A DNA stretch of 64,000 nt from NCBI RefSeq assembly GCF_963921235.1, contig NC_086097.1, forward strand, positions 170,130,001-170,194,000, read 5' to 3'. The notes under the pieces are model-generated. The model ran no database searches. It was not told the origin of the DNA and saw only the letters and a list, made by a program, of their open reading frames with translations. Each line of letters begins with the position of its first letter. The stretch's first letter is position 1. The DNA comes from Mobula hypostoma (taxonomy: Eukaryota). Positions 40,688 to 51,651 of this stretch are shown one piece after another. A program made the position numbers and the translations under genes.

Positions 40688-41350
40688 TCAGAAGAATCCT
40701 AGGGAACTAATAACCGCCATCTTCGGCTCAACAGCTGCACTCCTTGGGATCTGGCAACATCCTCTCCTCAGATCCAGCACATTAAACCACGTTGCATAAT
40801 CCACACACACGCTGCCTCCATCTTCCACGGCGCCAGGGTCCAGTTGCCACGACCTCTCTCTCATTGAAGTGTCTTCAGTGGTCAACTCCTCTCCCTTGTG
40901 GTAGATTGGAGCATCTACTAAGAGGGTCTCACCCTCAGCTACTTTCCCCAAGCCGTACCACCGCTGGGTCTTGCTTAAATTTGGTACCGGCTCAAGGCGG
41001 CTATACACGTCCTCAGAAGCAACTCGACATGCTGGGTGCCCAGACAATGCCCCCATGAACTCCAGGGTCATTAACCAATCATCGTCTTCTGGATAACTAC
41101 TGGCACTGGTACCCAAAATCTCCGGTGCCCTTGCGGTTGTCAAGGGTAAATGCTTCAGACACCGGTTGTAAAAAGAACTGTACAACAACTTGACCTGTGC
41201 CCCGGGGTCGAGGATGGCTTTAACATCACTTCCCTCTATCCATAACAACATCCTGGGGCGCGGTCCCTCTAAGCCTTCAGGAATAGGGTCTTTTCCTTGC
41301 GGAAGTTTATTGGTACATTGCTGGGAACGTGCTTCCCCAGAGATCCCCAC
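40688..41350 (-). pseudogene. Gypsy aspartic protease plus N-terminal RT remnant
   Basis: [10 protein letters not shown] (a DTG-like site), VCVDY and [10 protein letters not shown]; same frame as 39692-40678, separated by one TGA. Confidence 0.8.
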
Positions 41351-41360
41351 TGGGCCTCCA

Positions 41361-41804
41361 CTAAGTTTCCCACACTTCTCTGATCAGCTGAACAACTGAA
41401 GGAGGGGCTGACCCCCTGAAATGATCCCCCTGGCCTTGCAAGCAATTTAGCCGCCCTCCTAGCCAGCGAAGACACACTGAAAACTTTCCCCCCTCTTTCA
41501 AATAACTGACAGCTGTCACTATGGTGTAAGTGAACCTGACAGCTCTCACTCCGTCACCAGCCCGCCTACTTAAACTTTCAACCAGTCCCTGTCGCTCTCC
41601 CTCAACCGAGCACTGCCACTCATCTAACAACTGAGAGATCAGCTCCGCCTGCATCTCGCATGGCTCTGCCCCTCTTGGGGTGGACACTATCCCAAACGCC
41701 AGGCGGAGCCTGCCAGAGCTAGAACATTTAGTCGCAGACACTACCTCCAAATCAGACCACTCTTTCCTCTCTCTCTCAACAGCATGGACAGCCCCGAGTG
41801 CCAC
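41361..41804 (-). pseudogene. PNMA-like Gypsy gag remnant
   Basis: [16 protein letters not shown]...QLLDEWQCS...RQGLVESL. Confidence 0.75.
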
Positions 41805-41943
41805 CCCTCCAACTCGTCAATGCCAGCCTGAACTCGAACAAAGACCGCACCCACCACGCATACAGCAATAACCAGCAAATAACCCACAGAGACACACATT
41901 ACAGATTTAAACAGGGCACCCACACAGCATACCAGTAGACCCA

Positions 41944-41961
41944 ATCCCGGACGAGCCCCCA
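41944..41961 (-). promoter_or_regulatory. Primer binding site, tRNA-Pro
   Basis: TGGGGGCTCGTCCGGGAT lies 3 nt inside the 5' LTR and matches the canonical tRNA-Pro PBS. Confidence 0.92.
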
Positions 41962-41964
41962 CAG

Positions 41965-42659
41965 TGTAGCCCCCCGGCCACCCTCAGGGTCGCTCGGCTC
42001 GCTGTCGTCTAGAGAAATAGCCCTCGGCCCCGCCAAACTGGGTAATTAGTTTGTGTGGATGCTGTGTGATGTATCCCACCCCGCCCAAATAACAGACAAT
42101 ACACCAGATACGATTAAATGATTTACAGTTTATAGATATTACTGGAACTATATAATTAACAGAGAATAAAATATAAAAGGAAAATAAAAGGCATCACACT
42201 TATCAAAGTTCAATCTCTTCGTGCACAAATAATTGGAGCTCAGGACCCTTCTTCTTCACCCTGTAATCCCTCGGACCACCTTGACCGGCTGCCTGGGACC
42301 AACAATGGTGGTTGACCAAACGCTCCACGAGTCCGTCTCTGTCTCTTCCCCTCGCCGAACGCTCTCCTCTGGGTCTGACCCCATTAGTGGACTCACAGCA
42401 CCTGGTCCATCCTCTGTCTCTCTCTCCCGCCTTCTCCCCCAAAACCCCACGCATACAATATCTTACAGATACACCAAAATCATAACAACTATCCCAATTG
42501 GTTCATAACATCTTCTTATCAGTAATGTGATTCAACAAACTGCTAGCGGGAGGACTTTCTCAGCATTTAACATAACAAAGAAGCATTCCCAAGTATAACA
42601 TAACAAAGAAACCATTTTAATTAGCCACTCAGTAACATAACAGACAAAACCCCCTTACA
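41965..42659 (-). repeat. 5' LTR
   Basis: TGTAAGGGG...GGCTACA on the minus strand, followed by the PBS. Confidence 0.95.
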
Positions 42660-43594
42660 AATGTTAGAACCCCAAGACCCTCACAGCGTAAGCAGCAGCA
42701 AAGCAACAATCCCCCCTCCCCACCAGCAAAAAAAAGCATCAGCACCCCCCCCAAATGAGCACTCAACCATGCAGCAAAGCATCAATAAAGACACAGACTT
42801 GCAGTATCCCAAACACTACTCATTCACCTGGTATTCGACATACCACAGGCTCTCTCTCTCCCTATAAGGGAAAAAGAGATGTCCCCATTTCACAGTGAGA
42901 GGGGAGACATAACAAACAACTCGCTGATTTACCATGTTAACAGTCGCTTTTTCTGAGCTCTGTGCCCAAAGAACTCTGGTCTCTGGGCACACAGCCAGTA
43001 TCTAGCTAGCTGCTTTTGATCTTCCCTCTTCCACGATACACTGATTTCCTGCAGAGGCACTGACCTCAAGTCCGCCTGTCTCCAGAGCCATGAAATCCTG
43101 AAACTCCGAAGGCGCACTAATCTTCTAGGCTGCGTCCTTGATATATCGAATAATGGCAAACCGTGAGACCCTGAGAGTGTGTCCTGTTCCCGCAAAAAAA
43201 CTGAAGTCAGCGTGTAACTCCAGGTCAGGGTCTTCAAAAGAACCCTGGAAGGGAAAAATAGAGATATTGAAGATAGAAATAGAGCTGTTTCCGAAGAAGC
43301 AAGCAAAGGAGTCGCTGTTAGGCGCCATTGTCTCCTCAGCCCCTACACAGCCCAACCCTCCCATTTTTCCTACATCCGTGTGTCTGTCTATAAATCTCTT
43401 AAATGCCCCTATAGTTTCAGGGTCTACCACCACCACCAACAGTGTACTCCAGGATGCCACCACTCCCTGTGTAAAAATCCTTTCTCTGACTTCTCCCCTA
43501 AACTATCCCGCACTCACCTTAATCGGATGTCCTTAGTCCATTGCAGCCCTGGGACAAGGTGCTGGCAGTATGCAATAAAGCACAAACTGCTGCC

Positions 43595-44350
43595 AATGAT
43601 TACAATTGTACAGGAGCTGGTGAGGCCGCACCTGCAGTAGAGTGCACAGTTTTGGCTCCCTTAGGTGAGAAAGGATATAGCTATATTGAAGGTAGTCCAA
43701 AAGAGGTCACCAAGCTAACTCCTTTGGTGAAAGGGTTGTAAAGGTGGATCTATATTCTTTGGAATTGAGAAGAATGGGGTGTGATCTTATTGACATATGT
43801 AAGATTCTAAAGAGGGTTGGCAGGGGAAATGTTGAGATGATTTCACTACTCAGAAAGTCACAAACTTGGGGACATTATTTCCAGATAAGGGGCTGGTCAG
43901 TTAAATCTGAAATGTGTAGAAATTTCCTTCTCTCAGAGAGTTGTGAAATAATCTTCCCTCCCTCATCTCCCCGTTCTGCCTATCCACCTCACTCCCCTCA
44001 CCCGGATCCAGCTATCACTACCAGATCTAACTCCACCTCTTCCCTCCATCTCTTTATATCAGTTATCTCCCCTCTACCTTTCAGTCTAGATGAAGGGTCC
44101 CAGCCCGAAATGTTGAGTGTCCATTTCCAGCATCTGCAATCTCTTGTGTCTCCCTGGAATTCTCTGTCCCAGAGGGAAGAGTCTTTAAAGTGGAGGTGGA
44201 TGCAGTTTTGAACAATTGGACGATTGTGAGTTGTGGAGAACTGGCACAGGAGAGAAGTTGACTTCTGGTATAGATCAACATTGATCGTATTCAGCGGTGG
44301 GGCAGGATTGAGAGGCTAAGTGACCTACCTGTGGTTGCTTTCTTGTGTTC
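43595..44350 (+). mobile_element. Old CR1 3' fragment with an embedded Penelope-type terminus (about 43950-44155)
   Basis: LYSLELRRMGCDLIDICKIL, and a degenerate hammerhead-like motif at 44083-44118. Confidence 0.65.
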
Positions 44351-46697
44351 TCGTATCAGGTGAGGCAGTAACTGCGGAGAGAGAAACAGAGTTGATATTT
44401 TATTTGGATGATATTTCATTAGAACTGAGGAGCAGGGGTGGACAGAGCTAAAGAACGATGAGTAGGGCAGGAGTGTCTGAATGGAATATATGGTGTTGGT
44501 CCAGTGTGAATGTGGGTGATAAGTGGTTTAGTATCATGTTCTTCACTTGCATTACAATTAGTTCTTTAATGAGTTCATCTTATGTGTTATTATGTTTGAA
44601 CAATTACTTAATAGCTGTTAACCTAAGTAACCTCTATAAGCATTAGCAATTGCTCATTCCAATTTATGCCCAGGCTGACCAGCACTGAACTTCCATCCAC
44701 AACAGATTAAACATTGCAATTTACAATGGCACCATTTTAGTTCTTGACACTGTCAGCATGGTTTAAAAGTGTACAGACATTGCACTGTTCACTTTAAAGG
44801 TGAATTGTAACTGTTGCTTGTAGTCATACAGCAATGATAGGATTGAATGACAAAGAATTTTTTCAGCTTTGAAGTGAACAGAATTCTTGAATATCCCCAG
44901 CATCTTGATGCACTTAACTAAGAGGAGTTCACAGTTGAATTGGCTTAAAATAGGACTTCTTCTGAAACCATGGAAAATATTCCTTGACAAAGTGGCTCAA
45001 TAGTACAAGAGAAAGAAAATTGAAGCTTGTTCCACAGTGGGGAGGTGATCTACTCGTTCTTTAGCTTCTCTTTCTCCCTATTTTAACCCTCTGTAACTGT
45101 AACACTTTGTGTTGCAGTCTGTTATGGATTTTCCCTTGTGCCACCTCAATGCAATGAGCTGATTCCAGGATCTGTTTGGATGGCATGCAAAATGAAGTTT
45201 TCCACTGTACCCCAGTACATGTGATAATGATAAGCCTATTTACGAATTTACCAAGTTACCAATTTTGCTTACCAATTTGAAATAAAGCAGGGAATGTCAA
45301 AAGCACTCAGCAGGTCAGACAGCATCTATGGAGGGAGAAGCAGAATTATGGAAAGGGAGCATTTCAGGTCCAAGAACAATCACCAGAGCTGAGAACAAAT
45401 GTTTGAATGGCAATAATTCCATGTGGGAAGCCCCTTGTGAGCACTTGTAGCTTTCAAACTACTAGTGATTGCGACTGAGTGCATCAATCAATCAGTGTTA
45501 TTTGTTGAGGAAGTAGTGTGAATTACGTTAATGTTTACACAATGGAAACAGGGCAGAAAGTTAAAAGGATTCTCAAGTACTATTTGGAAAAGCTGAAATT
45601 ATCTGTTACTTTAAAATGTAATGGTATTTGGACAGAGCTAATTCCTATTGATGGTAAAACACATTTATCAGTTCTCTCAATATCACACATTTCACTATTG
45701 AAAGAGAGTTGAAAAGCTCAAACTGGTAAGGGTTGTGGCTGTCAGGTTAAATAACAGAGAGTAAATTATGCTTCCTCTAAATAGACTTTAATTTAGCAGT
45801 CCAACTTTCCATTGATGTCACTTCTATTTATTTAAGAGACAATACAAGGCATTGGACAATTGAACACAAAGCAGGAACAGAGAAATTAGGTTTTGACAGG
45901 ACGTTGAGCAGGCTCTTGCAAAGAAGTCTTCTCAGAAGACCCTTAGATTTCATAATGAAGGGTGGATGTAGTATAGCAGGTAACTTATGTCAAACATTTA
46001 TAAAATAGTGACTGTATTGTACATATGACCAGGAAAATTATGTTAGAATAGTACATGATAGTTGTTAGGCTATTTGCTTACTTACTATGTACAATTCTGG
46101 TCACCACATTACAGGAAATAAGTGATTGCACTAGAGCGGTAATGGAGGAGATGCAAAAGGATTTAAGAAGATGTATTTCATATATTTTTATATAAGTAGA
46201 AGGACATTTGGTCCATCAATTCTATGCTAGCAATCTGAGCAATTCCTTTGACCTATTCCTCCTGATCTCCCTCTTCTCTCTCAGATGCCTATTGCTCTCT
46301 CCAATTCTCCTTCGCACTCATTTACACCAGTAACATCTTTTTTTTGATGTAGTTGCCAACGAATCCACAGGTATATCCTTGGGATGTGGGAGGAAACCAG
46401 AGCAGCTGGGAGAAATCCATACAGTCAAAAGCAGAACGTGCAGACTCCACACAGTCAGTGTCGGATCAAACACATGTTACTGAAGCACTGAGACACAGAA
46501 TGAAACATTAAAGCAGGGATGTTATATAGAACAGTGGTCAAACCAATATGGGCAGGTCTTGGCGCCGCACTGAGGAAGGATGTGATAATGCTAGAAGTGA
46601 GAGGAGTTTCACCAGGATATAGTCTGGGATGGAGGAATTCAGTCAAGAGGAGAGACTTGAGAAACTCGGTCTGTTCTCCACAGGGTGGAGGAGGTTC

Positions 46698-47100
46698 ATA
46701 GAACAGCACAGTACAAGCCCTTCGGCCAACAATTTTGTGCCAACCCTTTAATCTAAGATGAATCTATCCATTCTCTCCTCCATAGCCCTCCATTTTTATA
46801 TCACCCATGTGCCTATCCAAGAGTTTCTTAAATATTCCTAGTGTATCTGCCTCTCCCACCATTCCTGGCAGGGCGTTCCATGCAACCTCCACTCTCTGTG
46901 TAAAAAAGCTTACCCCTGACATCCTACGTTCCTCCAATCACTTTAAAATTATGGTATTAGCCATTTCTGCCGTAGGAAAAAATCTCAGGCTATCCACTCA
47001 TTCTTTGCCTCTTGTCATCTTGTACACTTCTATCAAGTCACCTCAAATCCTTCTTTGCTAAAGAGAAAAATCTTAGTTAGCTCAATCTACCTTCATAAGA
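46698..47100 (-). mobile_element. CR1 3' end (continues at 49118-49677)
   Basis: CR1 tail; the sequence is colinear across the TAAGA duplication. Confidence 0.8.
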
Positions 47101-47109
47101 TAAGATTTT

Positions 47110-48727
47110 GCACTTGGATGTCTCAGGAACAGGATTGGCTGCTGAGTGCGCCAGGCTTTAGGTGTTTCAAAAAGAACAGAGAGGGAGGCAAAAGAGGTGG
47201 GGGTGTGGCATTGCTAACTAGGGATGGTGCCATGGCTGCAGAAAAGGAGGAAGTCATGGAGGGATGGTCTACTGAGTCAGTGTGGGTGGAAATCAGACAC
47301 AGGAAAGGGGCAACAACTCTATTGGCTGTTTTTTTTATAGACCCTCCAATAGTAATAGGGACATCGAGGAGCAGATAGGGAGGCAGATTCTGGAACGATG
47401 CAATAATAATTGGGTTGTTGTGATGGGAGATTTTAACTTTCTTAATATTGATTGGCATCTCCTTAGTGCAAGGGGTTTAGATGGGGTGGAGTTTGTTACA
47501 TGTGTTCAGGAAGGTTTCCTGACACAATATGTAGATAAGCCAACTGAAGGAGAGGCTGTACTTGATCTGGTATTGGGAAATGAATCTGGTTAGGTGTCAG
47601 ATATCGGTGGGAGAGCATTTTGGAGATAGTGACCACAACTCTATCTCCTTCACCATAGCGCTGGAGAGGGATAGGAGCAGATAATTTGGGAAAACATTTA
47701 ATTGGGGTAGGGGGAAATATGATACTATTAGACAGGAACTTGGGAGCAGATGTTCTCAGGGAAATACATGGCAGAAATGTGGCAAATGTTCAGGGAACAT
47801 CTGCATGGAGTTCTGCATAAGTTTTGGGGCAGGGAAAGGATTGTAGGGTTAAAGAACGATGGTATACAAAGGATGTAGAAAATCTAGTTAAGAAGAAAAA
47901 AAAGTTTATGAAAGGTTCAAGAAACTAGGTACTGTTAGAGCTCTAGAAAATTACAAGGTTGCTTGGAAAGAGCTTGCGAATGAAATTAGGAGAGCTAGAA
48001 GGGGCCGTGAGAAGGGCTTGGTGAGCAGGATTAAGGAAAACCCCAAGGCATTCTACAAGTATGCAAAGAGCAAGAGGATGAGCCATGTGAGAATAAGACC
48101 AATCAGGTGCGATGGTGGAAACGTGTGCATGAAGTCCAAGGAAGTAGCAGAGGTACTTAGTGAATACTTTGCTTCAGTATTCACCAGGACAAAAGACCTT
48201 GGCAATTGTGGGGATGACTTGCAGCAGACTGAAACACTTGAGCATATAGACATTAAGTAAGAGGATGTGCTAGAGCTTTTGAAAAGCATTAAGTTAGATA
48301 AGTCATCAGGACCAGATGAGATATACCCTGGACTACTGTGGGAATTGAGGGAGGAAATTTATGAGCCTCTTTCAATGATCTTTGTGATATCAATAGGGAT
48401 GGAAGAAGTACTAGAGTACTGGAGGGTTGCAAATGTTGTTCGCTTGTTCAAGAAAGGGAGTAGAGATAACCCAGGAAATTATAGACCAGTGAGTCTGACT
48501 TCAGTGGTGGGCAAGTTGTTGGAGAAGATCTTGAGAGGCAGGATTTATGAACATTTGGAGAGGCATAATATGATTAGGAATAGTCAGCTTGGCTTTGTGA
48601 AAGGCAGGTTATGCCTTATGAGCCTGATTGAGTTCTTTGAGGATGTAACAAAACACATTGATGAAGGTAGAGCAATGGATGTAGTGTCTGTGGATTTCAG
48701 TAAAGCATTTGATAAAGTTCCCCATGC
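47110..48727 (+). mobile_element. CR1 ORF2 fragment (endonuclease to mid-RT)
   Basis: [31 protein letters not shown] and SKAFDKVPH. Confidence 0.92.
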
Positions 48728-48729
48728 AT

Positions 48730-49100
48730 CACCAGAGAATTCAGTTGCACCCCCAAAACAGAACCAGCCTTCCTGATGAGCTTATCAATCTTCTGGGTGA
48801 GCTGTTCTCACCCTGCTGCCCCAGCAGACTACAGCATAGAATAGAATGCTGGCCGCCACTGATTTGTAGAACATCTGCAGCATAGTACTATAGATGTTGA
48901 ATGACCTGAATGACCGGAGCCTCCTCAAGAAGTGCAGTCAGCTCTGTTCCTTCTTGTACAGAACCTCTGTATTTTTAGTCCAGTCCAGTTTATTGTCCAG
49001 GTGAGTTCCCAGGTATTAGTAGTCTTGGACAACTTCCACATCTGTTTCCTTGATGGAGATGGGAATACAGGGTGTTTTCACCTTCCTGAAGTTCACCACC
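48730..49100 (-). mobile_element. Rex1-like fragment
   Basis: Similar to 17340-17680. Confidence 0.7.
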
Positions 49101-49117
49101 TACACCAACACCAACAT

Positions 49118-49677
49118 TAAGACATGCTTTCTAATCCAGGCAACATCCTGGTAAATCTCCTCTGCACCCCCTCTAAAGCTTCCACATCCTTCCTATAATG
49201 AGATGACCAAAGCTGGACACAATATTCCAACTGTGGTCAAACCTGAGTTTTATAAAGCTGCAATATTACCTCATGGTTCTTACACTCAATCACTGACCAA
49301 TGAAGACCAATGAGCCTTCTTAACCACCCAATCAACTTGTGCGGCAACTTTGAGGGATATATCGATGTGGACCCCAAGATACCTCTGAGAATCCTGTCAT
49401 GAACCCATTCAACCTCCCAAACAGAATCACTTCCCACTTTGTCAGGCTGAATTCCACCTGCTACTTGTCAACCCAGCTCTGCATCCTGCCAATGTCCCAT
49501 TGCAACCTACACTATCCTTAACGCCAGCCACCTTCATGTCATCTGCAAGCTTACTAATCCACACTTCCACTTCATATCCTAGTCAATTATGAAAATGGTA
49601 AAGAACAGGAGTCACAGAAAAGATCCTTGTGGAACATTACTGGTCATTGACCTCCAGGCAGAATATGTTCCATCCTA
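49118..49677 (-). mobile_element. CR1 RT fragment
   Basis: VPQGS-like and ADDMK-like motifs; EVILQLYKT. Confidence 0.8.
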
Positions 49678-49679
49678 CC

Positions 49680-50165
49680 TACGTACAGGAAAGATATAAA
49701 TACGGTTGAAAGACTACTGAGAAAATTTACGAGGATGTTGCTGGCACTGGAGGACCTGAGTTATAAGGGGAATAGGTTAGGACTTTATTCCTTGGAAAAT
49801 AGAAGATTGAGGGGAGATTTGATAGATGTATACAAAATTATGAGGGGTACAGATAGAGTAAATGCAAGTAGGCTTTTCCCACTGAGGTTGGGTGAGATTA
49901 CAACTAGAGTTTATGGGCTAAGGGTGAAAGGTGAAAAATTTAAAGAGAACATGAGGGGAAGCTTCTTTACTCGGAGGCCATGAGAGTGCAGAATGAGCTT
50001 CCAGTGCAAGTGGTGCATTTGAGCTCGATTTCAACATTTAAGAGAAGTTTGGATAGGTAGATGGATGGTAGGGGTATGGAGAGCTATGGTCCCGTTGCAG
50101 ATTGATGGAAGTAGGCAGTTTAAATGGTTCAGATGTTTCTGTGCTGTATTTTTCTATGACTCTGT
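49680..50165 (+). mobile_element. CR1 3' fragment
   Basis: RLGLYSLENRRLRGDLIDVYKIMRG. Confidence 0.85.
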
Positions 50166-50907
50166 ATCTGGAGGGCCACAGATAGGGTAAACCGCAGGAA
50201 CTCTTTCCCCGTATCAGAGGTAGACAAAAAAAGGGGACATCGATTTAGGATCTCCCCCCAAATCATTCCTAGCTATGTACCCGTCCTAAAATTTTTTTGT
50301 GTGTTATTAATGACCCTGCTTAACCACCTCCCATGGCAGTTTGTTGCATATAGTACTGCTCTCTGTGTGAAGGAGTTACTCCGTACATTCCCTTTAAGTC
50401 TTTCCTCTTCTTATCTTGAGTACATGTCCTTTAGCTTTTTATTCTGCTACCATGGGAAAAGTACTGAGATCATCCAACTTATCTGTGCCTCTCATGACTT
50501 CATAAACCTCTGTCAGATCAGTCCTCAGTCCTTCTTTCCTCCTGGGAAAACAATACCAGTCTATCCAGTCTCTCTTTCTAACTCAAGCCTCCAGTCTTGA
50601 CATCAGGGAAGCAATTATTTTTCTCTCTCCCTTGGAGGGTTGTTTGATTTTGGATTTCTCTTGCTAAGAGAGAGCTGGAGGCAGGAATTGGACATTTTTA
50701 GAGGTAGAAATAGTTGAATTGGGTGATAGGTAAGAATGCAAAGTCTTAATCACAAATGTTGAATATGGATCAGGTAGAGGGGGCAAGTGATATACAGCTT
50801 GAAGATACAAGAGACAGCAGATGCTGGAATTTGGAGCAACAAACAATCTGCTGGAGGCACTCCACCACTGATGTTGCTGGACCTGCCAAGTTCCTCCTGC
50901 AGACTGC

Positions 50908-51651
50908 AGACTAAGGAGCTGGTCGTAGACTTGAGGAGAGCTAAGGTACCGGTGACCCCTGTTTCCATCCAGGGGGTCAGTGTGGACATGGTGGAGGATT
51001 ACAAATACTTGGGGATACGAATTGATGATAAACTGGACTGGTCAAAGAACACTGAGGCTGTCTACAAGAAGGGTCAGAGCCGTCTCTATTTCCTGAGGAG
51101 GCTGAGGTCCTTTAACATCTGCCAGATGATACTGAGGATGTTCTACGAGTCTGTGGAGGCCAGTGGGATCATGTTTGCTGTTGTGTGCTGGGGCAGCAGG
51201 CTGAGGGTAGCAGACACCAACAGAATCAACAAACTCATTCATAAGGCCAGTGATGTTGTGGGGATGGAACTGGACTCTCTCACGGTGGTGTCTGAAAAGA
51301 GGATGCTGTCCAAGTTGCATGCCATCTTGGACAATGTCTCCCATCCACTACATAATGTACTGGGTGGGCACAGGAGTACATTCAGCCAGAGACTCATTCC
51401 ACTGAGATGTAACACAGAGCGTCATAGGAAGTCATTCCTGCCTGTGGCCATCAAACTTTACAACTCCTCCCTTGGAGGGTCAGACAACCTGAGCCAATAG
51501 GCTGGTCCTGGACTTATTTCCTGGCATAATTTACATATTACTATTTAACTATTTATGGTTTTATTACTATTTAATTATTTATGGTGCAACTGTAACGAAA
51601 ACCAATTTCCCCCGGGATCAATAAAGTATGACTATGACCATGACTATGACT
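50908..51651 (+). mobile_element. Rex1/Babar LINE, short 5'-truncated young copy
   Basis: Protein nearly identical to 17101-17700; AATAAA plus (ATGACT)n tail; TSD AGACTGC / AGATTGC at 50901-50907 and 51652-51658. Confidence 0.93.

Larger units (their letters stand above)
38728..42659 (-). mobile_element. Non-autonomous Gypsy LTR retrotransposon with PNMA-like gag and captured myosin rod sequence
   Basis: LTRs at 38728-39421 and 41965-42659 (TG...CA), TSD AATG at 38724-38727 and 42660-42663, PBS, PPT, and gag/protease/RT remnants. Confidence 0.95.
38613..43341 (-). mobile_element. Non-autonomous retroelement of about 0.8 kb, split by the Gypsy insertion
   Basis: TSD CCTACACA at 38605-38612 and 43342-43349 within a CR1 3' fragment; the 5' end has an AATGGCGCC motif; continuous across the LTR element by comparison with 26609-26831. 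Confidence 0.7.

Noticed and set aside
41361..41804. Domesticated PNMA gene
   Set aside because: It is degenerate and embedded in an LTR element with a PBS and TSD.
50787..51500. 237-aa ORF as a novel gene
   Set aside because: Chance fusion of Penelope-terminus sequence to a truncated Rex1 ORF.
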